Source of the DNA: the human T2T-CHM13v2.0 reference genome, Homo sapiens
Direction: 5' to 3' (one strand)
Assembly: GCF_009914755.1 (NCBI RefSeq)
Contig: NC_060940.1
Length of the DNA stretch: 64,000 bases
A program made the position numbers and the translations under genes. Of this stretch, positions 29,400 to 44,625 are shown piece after piece. The notes under the pieces are model-generated. The model saw only the letters and a program-made list of their open reading frames with translations. It was not told where the DNA came from and did no database searches. The stretch's first letter is position 1. Each line of letters begins with the position of its first letter.

Positions 29400-32300
29400 A
29401 TCAAAATAATTCTATTAAAAAATCTCTTTAAGTTGATGAAGTACATAATCATAAATCTACCTTCTAATGTTAAACCAAACTTATATTTCTAGGACAAATC
29501 CAGTGTGGTATGAATGTATAATTATTATACATAAATTTTACATTGCTGTGTTCAGTTTGCTAATATTTGTCTAAGATTTTTTTGTTAATATTAATGAGAG
29601 ATTGGCTTACACTTTTCATTTCTCATACTGTCTTTGTCAGGTTTTGGTGTCTTGGTCAAAAAAAGCATCAGTAAATAAGTAGAGAGTCTGTTTTTCTTTT
29701 TGCTGCTTTCTGGGAGTATTTATGTATGATAGGAATGATCTAATTTTTGAATGTAAGTAGAGCCTACCTGTAGTCTGTCGTATTCCTTATAGACATATTT
29801 ATACTAGTGATTCAATTTCTGCAAAATTTATGGGACAATTTTCTGCTTTTATGTTTATTTGAGCCATATAGATTTTATCTATTTAAACCTAAGTTTTAAA
29901 ATTTGTTGGTACACAATTGTTCATAATATTCTTTTAAGTCTTTGCTGCAATAGAATGCCTGCTCATTATTCTTTCATATTCTTAATGTTCTTTATGTATG
30001 CCTTCTCACACTTCTCTTTATCAGTCATGAGAGGTTTGTTTTTCAAATAAACCAAGGTTTTTGTATCATTATTATATCTTTTAAACTGTATATTCCAGTA
30101 ATTTCTACTCATTTATGTTTCTTACGATTTTTTCTTTGGGATTAATCTGTTTTCTCTGTTTTTTCTAAATTCTCGAGTTGAAACCTGCACATTCAGCTTC
30201 CCTTATTGTCTAATGAGTAATTTTGCCTGTATTATGTTCTTTTTTATTGATACTTTAACTGCATCCTACTTTTAAATATAATAATTTTATTTATTTTAAT
30301 CATTATAATTTTTATCTTTTATGTCAACTATTTTTATTAGACCCATTAGTCATTTAGAAATGTGTTTATAAACTCTAAAACATTTAGAATTTCTCCATGT
30401 ATACACATATGCACATAGAAAAAAAATCTTTACATCTTTATATGTATGAATATTAATTATATTCTTGCTGTTGGCTTCTAATTTAATACTTTTGTTATTT
30501 AAAGGGATCTGTGTGATACTGCTGTTTTGAAATTTGTTTACAGATTTTATTTGACCATAAATATTCTAAAACAAATATTTCATGTTTGCTTTATTTGAAA
30601 ATATATTTGGAAATTATTTCCTATAATATTCCATATACATCCACTAGATTTACTCCCTTAGCTTTATATTATTTGAATCTCTAAGAGAGTTATTAATTTT
30701 CTTGTGCATTAGGTATACACAATAAATAGAAATATAAATTAGAAGAATGTTCTTTGTTTCTAGTAATGATTTTTGTGTTATTTTGTCTATATAGCAAGTC
30801 AAGCATTTTTATTTTAAATTTTCTATTATGTGATTTTGCTATTTGTTTTAATGCTTTCCTCTCTCCTGTCCTTTTGCTTTCAATTTTCTCTTTATATTTT
30901 CTTATAATTTGAATATAATTTTATTTAAAAACATAGGCATTTGTTTACTTTGATATAGTCTGTTAGTCTTTATTTTAATAACTTGGTGCAAAAGTACCAA
31001 GTTAAAACAGTATGAAATACTAAGTTTTTGCACCAACCTAATAATACTGGATTTTAGCCAATTTCAATATATATTGAAGGTATATATCTCTTCAATTTTA
31101 TGTTGTGGTTTTCATTTTTTCTTATAAGTTTTAAGAAATCTTTTCTTTTATATAGTTTTCTTTTGGGTAAATTGCTTGATTTTCTTTTTCCTTATTCAAC
31201 TCTCCCTTCATCTTACGTCCCAGGAGTGCCTTGGAAGTGAAACATTGCATTTCTCTTGCATTAGTAGATAATGTAATATACTTATTTTTAGTTATAAATT
31301 CTAACTTTCATTCATTTCTTTACTCTTTTTTAAATAAAAGAATTTAGATACGTTAACTCTGATCATTTATCTGTTGACTTAGATGTTATCCAGCATTTTA
31401 GTTTATCTTTCTTTTTTTTAACATTACCATAATACACTTACTATTATAATTTAATACTATCATTGGTTATTTATATTCTCTCTGTTGTGTTTACAAATTT
31501 ATTTGCTCACTCATTTTTGAATCTCAGCTCTTTCTCTTGGAATAATGTTTCTTTTTCCTAAAGTTTATTTTAAAATATCTTCCTTTGTAAGGATATGTTA
31601 GAGGTAAACTCTGAGTTTCTCTCTCTCTCTCTCTCTGTGTGTGTGATTATGAACCTCACTAGATCACTGTGATTCTTAAATGATAGTTTCCCTCTATATG
31701 ATACTGCTCCATGCAACTTTCAATCCAATGTCTTTAAAAAACAATCAACTGTCTCTCTAGTGGATTTCCTTTTATTTACCTTGCTTAAGAGTAAATATTA
31801 CCTTAAAATCTGAAGTTGTCTTTTATCAGTTTGAGGAAATTCTCAATCATATTTTTTTCACTATTGCTTCTTACATTATCTTGAGTTCCAACTTCTAGAA
31901 TTTGGAATGAGAACTTCTCATTGTTTTATCTGTCTCAGATTTTCTTTCAGATATCCCATCTCTTTGCCTCTTTGTGGTTTATTCTGGGTATTTTCCATAA
32001 TTCTGTCTTCTAGTCAATGGAATTTCCCTGTTATGCTATTCAGAATTTCCACTCAGTATGTGTCTTTATGATATATGTCTTTTGTATGTTTGTATATGAA
32101 TCATAAAGTATATTTTTTCAATTTGAATGATTCATTGAATGATTCATCTTTATTGTCTCTTATCCACCCTCATATTTTTAATTTATAATTTTTGTTCCTT
32201 AAATATATTCTGCATATAACTGTTATTTCTGGACTGTTGCTCATGGATCCTTCTATCTACCTTATTTTATTATTTTAATTCTAATATGTATTAGAACTTT

Positions 32301-32860
32301 ATTGGTAGGTGGTTCTTGAGTTTTAGATAATTAGTGTATGCTTCCAGTGATTATGTGAGTTCCCTCTTCCAGATATCTGGGAGTATTATCAACCTAAATC
32401 CTTTAAACTAAATTCTTGACTTGAATTTGGGTCTGAAGGCAAATGATAGCCAGTGAATAATTATGATTCCTCATGGGACACTTTGTTTTTCTCCTGTACT
32501 TACAGTTAGAGTTAAGACGATTTTCCTCCAGGTCCCCTTGTGGAGTAATATATTTTTTTTCCTAGTTTACAGTTGCACAGAAGGTTTGGTACCATGGGGG
32601 ACTCGGCATTATGTGGGAGATTTACGATTCACTCTCCATGTTATGTGGATTTGGGGAATGCCTTTTGTGCACTTGATGTGATTATTAAAACCTTGGCTTA
32701 CCCCTCTGGATTTCTGTTGCTGTTTTATTTTTGGACTCTGGGGACTTCTCTTTATTTCAGCAAAGAGTTTTTTAAAATGTATTATTTAGTATCTTTAGCT
32801 ATTGTGTAGTGAGGTAGTTTCTTATCATATCTAATGTGCTACATTGCCCGAAATGAAAGT
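29400..32860 (-). mobile_element. Very old L1ME-type fragments
   Basis: cagtttgctaatattt...gagattggctt...gtcaggttttggt and further T-rich ORF2/ORF1 remnants. Confidence 0.65.
30977..31043. mobile_element. MADE1-like mariner MITE with atypical interior
   Basis: Termini ttggtgcaaaagta ... ttttgcaccaacctaata match the MADE1/Hsmar1 TIRs. Confidence 0.8.
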
Positions 32861-33068
32861 CTCAAATTAGTTTTCAAGGTTTATATCTAAATTATTCTCA
32901 AAATGGACAAACTTAATTATCTTCTGACAATTACTGAAGCGGCTGGGAGGTAAAATAAAATCCCACTTCCTTCCTTCTGTTGAATATTATCTTCCTTTTC
33001 TACTTTATGTATTTTTTATTTATAACTTCTCTCTTGATCTGGATTTATAAATGAACACTGATAGATAA

Positions 33069-33464
<396 letters not shown>

Positions 33465-33721
33465 CAGAAAGTTTTCAAAGCCCATAAAGAGCTTAGACTG
33501 CATCTGATGTTTCTGGTGCTATGGCTTTGTGTTTAGTAATCTTTTCTGCTTAGTGCCAGGAAGTGCTTTTAAGTCAACTCATAGTACAAGCAAGAAGATA
33601 TGCAACAAGCAATGGGTCAAAAAGAAATTTAAGTTAACAATGCAAATATGGAATTATGTTTTACTTCCACAATTACCCACACTGAGCTTCTATTTTCTGT
33701 TCTCTTATTTTACAGTATTAG

Positions 33722-34017
<296 letters not shown>

Positions 34018-34964
34018 ACAACAGGACTAGTTTTGACATTTTATTTTTGACTAGTATATGAGATTATTCTCCTCTTAGAAATTTCTCTCTTGAGAAGGAA
34101 AGTGACCCTGGATTTTGCCCTCAGGCTACCCTAACCACGAAAGCAAGATTTGATAATGCATTGCTTTTGTTTCTGAACTCATGATTTAAATTATACCCCC
34201 ACTAATTATCTTAAGCAACACCCACTACTATAGCCTTAATAATTGCCACATAATAAACTTAAAGATACTGGGGAGGCTGATAACTGTATTTTTCTTTGTT
34301 GATTAGGCTTGTTGCTTTGTTTTACATTAGTTTTCAAAGCAATTGTAGAAAAGAGAACATCCATAACAGCTTTTGTACTGAATCAGTGTGTGCATACTGC
34401 TGATATTCTGGAAACACTTTCACTCATCTTATTAATTTATACTTAGGGAGTAGGCAATTTTCACATTTTATTTGGAGATGATAAACCATAATGGATCTAA
34501 ACATGTGAAGATACATATTTAATGCACTTTAATGCCTTTATGGGCTCACTGTTAAAATGTACAGCCCTAAATAAATCTATGTAGGAATGCTTACGCTATC
34601 ACTGCTACATTCCCTACAGAGCTATGAATATGTTTTAGTCAAAGCTCCACGACTCCAACTTGTTGAAATATTTCTATCTCTGCAAGTTTTGCTTGGTATT
34701 AGGATTCCACTGGTCAATGAGTTTAACGCGCTATTGTGTATTATGAATACAGAGTTAAAGACCAGCCTTGATTTTGCTCCCAACAAAACATTTAAGGCTA
34801 GTACTTTCTGGACAATAACTTGGGAAACTGATGTAATTATTATTGTGGATATCATCTGCTTGTTTTTATTATTAATGATGTTGAATGTCTCCTCTCGCCA
34901 TGGATATCAGCTTTTAATTGTACAAAATCCGTGCCATTTTTACTGCTATTCACATTTTATATTT

Positions 34965-35108
34965 GTTTATTGCTTGGTTTTGTTTTATTTTTGGGTATGG
35001 AGGTCTCACTCTTTCACCAAGGCTGGTCTAAACTCCTGGCCTCAAGTGATCCTCCTGCCGCAGCCTTCCCAGTGGCTGGGATTACAGGCATGAATCACTG
35101 CTCCTGCC
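34965..35108 (-). mobile_element. FLAM_C-like Alu monomer
   Basis: Single monomer with its own T tail; TSD cacattttatattt at 34951-34964 and 35110-35123. Confidence 0.9.
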
Positions 35109-35932
35109 ACACATTTTATATTTGGAGAATATAAATAAACAACTTTGAATAATAATTGGCTAAAGTTTATTAGGACATTATCAGTAAAAAGCCATGACTT
35201 TTATTATTGCCTTGTTTCCTTTCATACAACAGAGTTTTAATGTGGGTGTTTTGATAACTCTTTTTTTACATGAAGAAACAGTCTTCCTGAAGTCACACAT
35301 TCAGTGAATACTGGAACTTATATTGCAACTCAGATCATTCTCCTCTAGAAATGAGCATGGCCTTGAGACAATGATTTAGGAAGAAAAAAAGAGCAAGTAC
35401 AACATATACTGTCATGTAGAAACCTGAGATCTTGTTAAGGTTTTATTACCGGTAATAACTGCAACCTTAAGCAAATATCCAGGAAAAGATCTGTGTGCCT
35501 ATCATTAGTTTCATTTTATGGATTACTGCGCCAGAAGTGTAGAATTAAGAATACTAACTTTAGGAGGTCCTTTTAGAGATCGTGCAGATTAAGCTGCACA
35601 TTATGCCAATAGTAAATTTATACTTTTGAAAAGAGAAATGATGTCTTCTAAATACAGGCTTGTTTTCTTCTTTTATTTCACATTTATTGGTGATTTTATG
35701 TACAACAGAAGGTAAATTGCTTAAGGGTAGACATTGTGCATGCCTTATCAGGCACAGAGTGGAGTCTTGACAATGTCTTTCTGTAATATATTAAGTGAAT
35801 GGAAACTATCTGTAAAACATTTGACCCACCCTGTATATACTAGTTCAATAACTTATCAATTTAACTGATGCATAACAAAAATCAATGAGATAATTTATGT
35901 GTACATGTTTTAATTATACATGAAGCTCTGAA

Positions 35933-36765
<833 letters not shown>

Positions 36766-36889
36766 GTTTTTTTTTTTTTCCAGCATGTGACTCCAGATTA
36801 TATTCTTGGTGACCAAAATGGTCTCTCTGACTTTTGTCTCTCTGTTGAAAATAGCAATAATAAATGATAGCTACTGTAATCATCATCAT

Positions 36890-37080
36890 TATTATTAATG
36901 AGTTTTTATAAAGTCTTTGGCTCTGCCCCAAGTTCTTCTAAAGTTACTTTCTCAAATTATTTCACAAACCAACTCTGTGCAGTAGATGATATTCTGTCAA
37001 TTTTACAGATGAGGAAACAAAAGCTTAGAGAAATTAGATAACTTACCCAAGCGAGTGAATAGCAGAACTGAAATTTTGTA
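36890..37080 (-). mobile_element. MIR
   Basis: attttacagatgaggaaacaaaagcttagagaaattagataacttacccaag. Confidence 0.75.
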
Positions 37081-37179
37081 CCCCTCTTCCTCTGGATCAT
37101 TCTTCTCTCTTTATCTTGGTCTCTTGATTACTTACTTAATAGCATCTATAACAATATGCAGCTATCTACTTTTTCTTTC

Positions 37180-37322
37180 CTTTCGCTTCCACCAAAATGC
37201 AAGCTTCATGGCAGCAGGGTCTATTTCTGTGCTTTCTCTGTTACATCCCCAGCGTGTAGCACACAGCCTGCCACACAAAAGATACTTATGTCAACAGTAT
37301 TTTCTGAAAGAGTGAATGAATA
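37180..37322 (+). mobile_element. L2 3' end
   Basis: aatgcaagcttcatggcagcagggtct...catccccagcgtgtagcacacagcctgccacac...gagtgaatgaa. Confidence 0.75.
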
Positions 37323-37509
37323 TTTGATTCCAATGTCACCTCTGGGGCTGCTATACATAGGAGAGAAAGTTTCTACTAAGCAGATATTCCATTTTAAGGA
37401 GGGAAATCCAGGTTTTAATGTAGCTAATGATTTAGTTTGCTAAAATTAGAAATGAGGTAATTTCATAAGAATTTTATGTTACAATTTAGTATGTTGAATT
37501 ACTGAGTCT

Positions 37510-37680
37510 GGAGAGCACAGTTGAAATGTAACTTAATTACTGCCATCATCTATTTGAGGGAAATTGTAATGAGGAGGGTGACCAGCTGTTCCCCATGTGC
37601 GCTGAGTGTAGAACAGGAAGAAAAGGGCTTATATCAAAAGCACAACAATTAGGCCAGTCTCAGAAAGGGCTGGAAGATAC
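37510..37680 (+). mobile_element. L3/CR1-like relic
   Basis: tatttgaggg...gaggagggtgaccagctgttcccc...gagtgtagaacaggaagaaaagggctt resembles the CR1 3' region. Confidence 0.5.
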
Positions 37681-37725
37681 TGGAGTAAGTTTTTGAGATG
37701 TTATAAAAAATAAATTATTCCACCT

Positions 37726-38027
37726 TTTTTCTTTCTTTTCTTATTTTGAGACAGGGTCTGCTTTATTGCTCAAGCTGGAGGGCAGTGGCACAATCACAGC
37801 TCACTGCAGCCTTGAACTCCTGGGCTCAAGGAATCCTCCCACCTCAGCGCCCTGAACAGCTAGGCATGTGCCACCATGACTGGCTCATTTTTCAAAATAT
37901 TGTTTATTTTTTGTAGAGATGGAATCCTGCTATGTTGACCGGGCTGGTTTCAAACTCCTGGCCTTAAGCAATACTCCCACCCCAGCCTCCCAAAATGGGA
38001 TTACAGGCATAAGCCACCACGCCTGGC
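37726..38027 (-). mobile_element. AluJ
   Basis: cacagctcactgcagccttgaactcctgggctcaag; TSD ttccacct. Confidence 0.95.
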
Positions 38028-39131
38028 TTCCACCTACTCTTACTGACTTGTCTTTATGCCATCAGGTGATGTGTTCAACAGTTTGACTATTCCCTTTCTG
38101 AATCCCAGTAGCCCTGGTCTCGCTAGAAATGTGAAAGGCCAAGCTCACAGCCATCACTGTGAATGGTGCCCCTCTTATATTTAATTCTATATGTTCTTGT
38201 ACCAGCCAGTGAGATGAGAGATAATTAGTTTTATAAGTGAGGCAATTTGCAGCTTGTGAAAAAGTAAAGGACTTGTTTGAATACCATTTAGATTGCATAA
38301 CCATTCTGGATTTAATTTTCTTAATGTATTTGTACTTCTCATGTTTGATAATATCACTAAGAAATAGATGTAATCTTCCAAAATGATGATCAATTAATCA
38401 AATTATTTGATTAATTAATCAAATTAATCAAATAATGTCCAAAATGGACAATTAGTTGAATCAAATATCCAAATCTGTAATTGATTACATAAGGAAGAAG
38501 CATAATTGTCCCTGGCATTCTCACAGATGGTAAAATGAAAGAACATTGGGTAGGTCTGTTTTTCCCTCTTGTAGAACTACATTCTTTGTTTTGTTTAGTT
38601 TGGGGTAAAGCTAATCAAGAAATTGGCATAAGCTTCTTGTGGGCTGCAATTCTACCCAACATACTTTCTCATGCACAATGTTTTTAATTCAATTAATATT
38701 TTTGAGTGCCCATTATTTCAGGTGGTGGTAGGTTGACCAAAATTGAAGGCAAAGTACAGACAAGGTTTTAAAAGGAACTTAAGTCTTAGCTCTGGTTACT
38801 CACAGATGCCAAGCACCAGAAAACACCACGTGAGTGTAAAATATTTCCAACATGTTTTACAAGCGAAAGAAACACAGTGCTGCCTGTACATTTCAAGGAA
38901 GAGCTATGCTAGCCTAGAAGACTTTTTAAGGACATAACTCTAAAGCCAGTTCAAATATTTTTCTTTCACTAATTTGCTGTATGACTAAACAAGTTACTTA
39001 ATATTTTTGTACACAATTTTCTCATCCTCTGAGTGGGGATAATAACAGGATCTCCTTGTTGGTTTGTGATGATTAAATGTCATGTATACATGTGTGTATA
39101 CATGTGTGTATATGTATACACACAATTACCA

Positions 39132-39464
39132 AAATGGTTGGTGAACTAGTTTGTGGGCCAAATTTGGCCTACCACTTGTTTTTGTAGAGTTGAGGGACTA
39201 AGAATAGCTTTTACATCTTTTAAAGGTTGAAAAAATCAAAAAGAAGTACAGTACTTTGCAATACATGAAATATTCTATGAAATTTAATGTCCATACACTT
39301 AGTGTTCATAAATAACGCAATTATGCTCATTTATTAATGCACTGTTTATGACTACTTCACTCTACAAAGGCAGAGTTAAGTAGTTGTGACAGACACTCTA
39401 TAGGCTGCAAAGACTGAACTATTTATTATGTGGCTCTTTACAGAAAAAAAAATGCTGAATTCTG
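39132..39464 (+). mobile_element. MER58B-like hAT-Charlie DNA transposon, inserted in a MIR (38945-39520)
   Basis: gtgggccaaatttggcc...ggcagagttaagtagttgtgacaga...tatttattatgtggctctttacagaaaaa. Confidence 0.85.
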
Positions 39465-42400
39465 GCTTATAACTTATAACCTTGGCTGACATGTAGTAAT
39501 TGCTACAAATTGCTTGTTATTATGCTTATTTAGCTATTTTCTAATTTAGAATAATAATTTAGTTTGAACTTGTGCATAGAGACTTCTTTGTTTTAGAGGC
39601 TTAATGTAGTAAATGAAAGGATAGTCATGTGATTGTAAAGTACAAACAAGCATATATTTGATTCAGATGTTTGTTTTCTTGTTGTAACTTGGAATTTCAT
39701 TAAGAATGAATTTATCTTAAACCTCTTAATCTAGGCAGGTGGACCTTTAAAGCTATGTGGGCCTAATAAATTTGGTAACCGATCTAACCAATATAATCGT
39801 CATATCATAGATTACAGTTGTAAAATCCTAACTAAAGCTCATGGGTTTTATCCACTATACTTCTCTTCTCCCACCCTTACCCCACTATGGAAAATGAATT
39901 ATCTTTGAAAGTACCTAAGTACTGTGAACAAAGAGGAGATAGAATTAATATTCCTGAGGCAGACCCAATTATCACCTCTGTAGGAATCTAACTCAAACCA
40001 ACAGATGGATGCCAGGTCAGCATTCACCTTCTCTCTGGTGCAAAATTTCCTCTCCAATGTCTTTCTAATTGCAGCCTCATTTTGGCTCTATGGCCACCCA
40101 ACACATTTGAGTTGTTGTAGGTGGAAGGCCAGTTATTGAAAATATATTAAATATACCATTATTTCAACCCCTGCCATGAAGTATTTCTTTAGCGAGGTGA
40201 CTCATTCATTCTGTTATTATTTATTCATGTGTAGACTTCTTATATAAATTGCTTTACTTACTGCTTTTGGGCTCCCAGTTCCAAAGCTCTCTTTTGAAAA
40301 TCAATAACGCCTATCTTCTGAGGGAAAGTCTCAGTAAAGCAAGCTGTGATGGCTTTTGTTGCACTCCTTGGCATTAATTATTCATGGTTATTTATTGAAT
40401 AATTCAACATATATGATAATTTTTAAATTCTCTACCTTGTTACTGAAAAGTGAGGACTTTTTGAGCTATCATTTGATTCATGCCAAATGAAGCCACTATC
40501 AGTGAGAGCATACAATATGTACAAAGGTGACATTCAGTTTTCAGGTCTTCATTAAATAAAATAAAGGTGATCTGAGTATATTCCAGGGCCCTCAAGGAGA
40601 ACAGGAGACTTATTCCTACTCAACCAATACTCTAGGTAAAGGGAAATCAGCATAATGTTTAAGCAAGACGTAGAGAAAAAAGGGACATTTTCTTATGTGA
40701 TAAAGTGTCAATGAAATAATGAATTAAAACATCTCCTTTTTTATACAATGAATTAAAGATTACACAGAAACATTCTCTACAAAGTGGTCTCTTCTTTCTC
40801 CTTTTTTCTTCTTCATTTTCTTCTTAGATTTTAATTGGTAAAAAGCAAAAGAAACTTCATAATTATTTGTTATAATTGTTAATTGTTTCTATGTTTTTAT
40901 TGCTCAGCTTTATGCCATACCTTTGTTCTAACAGTCAAATGTTAACTGACTTTCTGAATGCTATAGATCTTTTGTATATGTGTGACCCCATCATTTAAAC
41001 AATGTATAAACTAATATTAATCCACAATGTCACTTAAGCTGTTTAATGTAAAAAAAGAAGTAAAATATTTCTGTCTTTCCTTCATATACTTCTCCCAGGA
41101 TTTCCAGGGGTTTCTTTTACAGTAAATAATTATCCTTCTAGCCTGGCTTCTGAACAGTTTTTTATCAGAACTAAAATATCTCTTAATAGTATATAATTTC
41201 CAAATCTTGTAGCTATGATTGAAGCAATAGCCTGTTTCAATATTGTATTATCAAGTTGCATATTGATTCTTACTGGGATGGGGCTAGGTAGCTGAATATG
41301 AATTAAATTATTTTAATAGCCAAATATGAATTAAAGTAATTTACAAGCAGAGTGTCACATGAATAAGAGATGCTAAATAGGTAATAAAAATGCCAGTATT
41401 TATCAAAATTTTTCATTCAAACAGGTCCAAAATTATTTAACAAACATGCACATTGTCAAGAAGAGCCAGTTTTATAGTTGCTGCAATTTACATTACTGGT
41501 AAAGCAAAAAGCTAAATGTGATGTAAGTTACTTTAACATGAAGTTAGACAAGGGAGGTTTTAACTGGTCATGTTCTTTGGTCTAACAATTTTGCTTATGG
41601 AGTTAAGTGATAAGCTGTTATCACATAAGGAGAGTTAAAGGCAAAAACCATATGATCATCTCAGTAGATGCAAAGAAAGCATTTGATAAAATTTAGCATC
41701 CCCCCAAGGTAAAAACCCTCAATAAACTAGACATAGAAGGAATATACCTCAACATAATGAAGGCTATATATGACAAACCCACAGCCAACATCACACTGAA
41801 TGGGAAAAAGTGGAAAGCAATTCCCCTAGCAACTGAACAAGACAAGGATGTCCACTCTCACCATTCTTATTCAATATAGTACTGGAAGTTCTAGCCAGAG
41901 CAATCAGGCAAGAGAAAGATATAAAAAGCATCCACAATGGAATGGAAGGAGTCAAATTACCTGTTTGCTGATTATATTATCTTATATCTAGAAAATCCTC
42001 AAGACTCTACAAAAAAACTATTGAATGTGATAAATGAGTTCAGTAAAGCTGCTGGATACAAAATTAATGTACAAAAATCAGTAGCATTCCTATACACCAA
42101 TAATAATCAAGCTGAGGACCAAATCAAGAAGGTAATCCCATTTACAATAGGTACAAAAAATACCTAGGAATATGTTTAACTAAGAAGGTGAAATATCTCT
42201 ACAAAGAAAATTACAAAACACAGATAAAAGAAATTATGAATAATGCAAGCAAATGAAAAGACATTCCATGCTAATGGATTGGAAGAATTAATATTGTTAA
42301 AATGATCTTACTACCCAAAGCAGTCTACAGATTCAGTACTATCCCTACCAATATACCAATGTTGGTCAGGGAGGGAGGGGAGAAAAAATATATGTATATA

Positions 42401-43357
42401 TATACCAATGTCATTTTTCACAGAATTAGAAAAAAGAGTCCTAAAATTCGTATGGAACCAAAAAAGAGCCCTGATAGCCAAAGCAATTATAAGCAAAAAA
42501 ATAAAAAAAGATGGAGGTATCACATTACCCAATTACAGATTATACTACAGTGCTACAGTAACCAAAGCAATATGACACAGGTATAAAAATAGATCAATGG
42601 AACAGAATAGAGAACTCAAGAATAAAGCTACTGATTTTTGACAAACTTAACAAAAATATACACTGTGGAAATGATACCCTTCTCAGTAAGTGATAGTTGA
42701 AATCCAGAAAATTGGATTGTCATCTGCAGAAGAATGAAACTGGACCCCTATCTCCCACCATATACTAGTACAAAAATCAACTCAAGACCAATTAAAGACT
42801 CAAATGTAGGACATGAAACTATACAAATAGTGTAAGAAAATCTAGGGAAAACTGTTGTGGACATTGGTTTAGGCAAAGAATTTATGACTAAGACTGAAAA
42901 AGCACAAGTAACAAAACAAAAATAGACAAATGGGACTTAATTAAACTAAAAAGCTTCTGCACTGCAAAAGAAATAACCAACAGAGTGAATAGGCAATCTG
43001 CAGAATAGGAGAAAATATTTGCAAACTATAAATTCAGCAGGGGACTGATGTCTAGAATTTACAAGGAACTCAAACAACTAAACAACAAAAAATCAAATAC
43101 CCTATTAAAAAGTGGGCGAAGGACATGAACACACATTTTTCAAAAGAAGGCATGCAATGGCCAACAAGCATATCAAAAAATGCTCAACATCACTAATCAT
43201 CAGAGAAATGCAAATTAAAACAACAATGAGATGTCATCTTATCCCTGTCAGAATGGCTATTATTAAAAAGACAAAAAATAAGAGATGTTGGTGAGGATGC
43301 AGAGAAATAGGAACACTTCCACACTGTTGGTGGAAATGCAAATTGTACAACCATTAT

Positions 43358-44296
43358 ATGTTGGTGGGAGTGTAAATTCGTTTAACGATTGTAAAAGACA
43401 GTGTGGCTATTCCTCAAAGCCCCAAAGATAGAAATACCATTCAACCCAGCAATCCCATTACTGGGTATATACCCAAAGGAATATAAACTATTCTATCATA
43501 TAGACAAATGCATGCGTATGTTCATTGCAGCACTATTCACAATAGCAAAGACATGGAATCAACCTAACTGCCCATCAATGATAGACTCAATAAAGAAAAT
43601 GTGGTCCACATACATCATGGAATATGATAAGCCATAAAAAAGAATGAGATTATGTCATTTGTGGGAACATGGATGGAAATGGAGGTCATTATCCTTAGCA
43701 AACTAATGCAGTAACAGAAAACCAAATACCACATATTCTCACTTATAAATGGGAGCTAAATGATGAAATGCTTGGAAACAGAGGGAACAACACACATGGG
43801 GCCTATCAGAGGGTGGAGGGTGGGAAGAGGGAGAGGATCAGAAAAAAATAACTAATTGGTACTAGGCTTAATACTTGGGTGATGAAATAATCTGCACAAG
43901 AAATCCCCATGACACAGCGGGGTGCCGTGGCTCACGCCTGTAACCCCAGCACTTTGGGAGGCCGAGGCGGGCGGATCACAAGGTCAGGAGATCAAGACCA
44001 TCCTGGCTAACAGTGAAACCCCGTCTCTACTAAAAATACAAAAAATTAGCTGGACGTGGTGGCGGGCACCTGTAGTCCCAGCTATTCAGGAGGCTGAGGC
44101 AGGAGAATGGCGGGAAGCCGGGAGGCGGAGCTGGCAGTGAGCCAAGATCGCGCCACTGCACTCCAGCCTGGAAGACAGAGCAAGACTTCATCACAAAAAA
44201 AAAAAAAAAAAAAAAAAAAAGAAAAAGAAAAAAAGAAATATCCATGACACAAGTTTACCTATGTAACAAACCTGCATAAGAACTTAAAATAAAAGT
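43358..44296 (+). mobile_element. L1PA (PA8-13-like) 3' end nested in the L1PB
   Basis: Second copy of the ORF2 C-terminus and 3' UTR ending in acctatgtaacaaacctgca...aacttaaaataaaagt. Confidence 0.88.
43916..44232 (+). mobile_element. AluY
   Basis: Y diagnostics, long A tail; TSD aagaaat(cc/at)ccatgacac at 43898-43915 and 44233-44250. Confidence 0.96.
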
Positions 44297-44511
44297 CATA
44301 AAAACAGTATGGAAATTTCTCAAGAACTAAAAGTAAAACTACCATTTGATCCGGCATTCCCACTACTGAGTATCTGCCCAAAGGAAAAGGAAAAGGAAAC
44401 ATTATATTAAAAATGATACCAGCATGTGTGTTTACCAGAGCACTATTCACAATAGCAAAGATACGAAATTAACCTAAGTGTGCAACAACAGATGATTGGA
44501 TAGAGAAAATG

Positions 44512-44625
44512 TTCTCTCTCCTCTCCTCTCCTGTCCTCTCCTGTCCTGTCCTGTCCTCTCCTCTCCTCTCCTCTCCCCTCCCCTCCTCTCCCCTCCCCTC
44601 CCCTCCCCTCTCTGTCTCTCTCTCC
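44512..44625. repeat. (CTCTC/CTGTC/CCCTC)n pentanucleotide microsatellite
   Basis: Directly visible, inside the L1. Confidence 0.95.

Noticed and set aside
34587-35093. Longest ORF (168 aa)
   Set aside because: No recognisable domain, hydrophobic AT-rich composition, ends in an antisense Alu monomer; likely chance
40545-40635. AG...GT-bounded exon-like segment (another at 45233-45303)
   Set aside because: Moderate splice sites only; expected by chance in 64 kb
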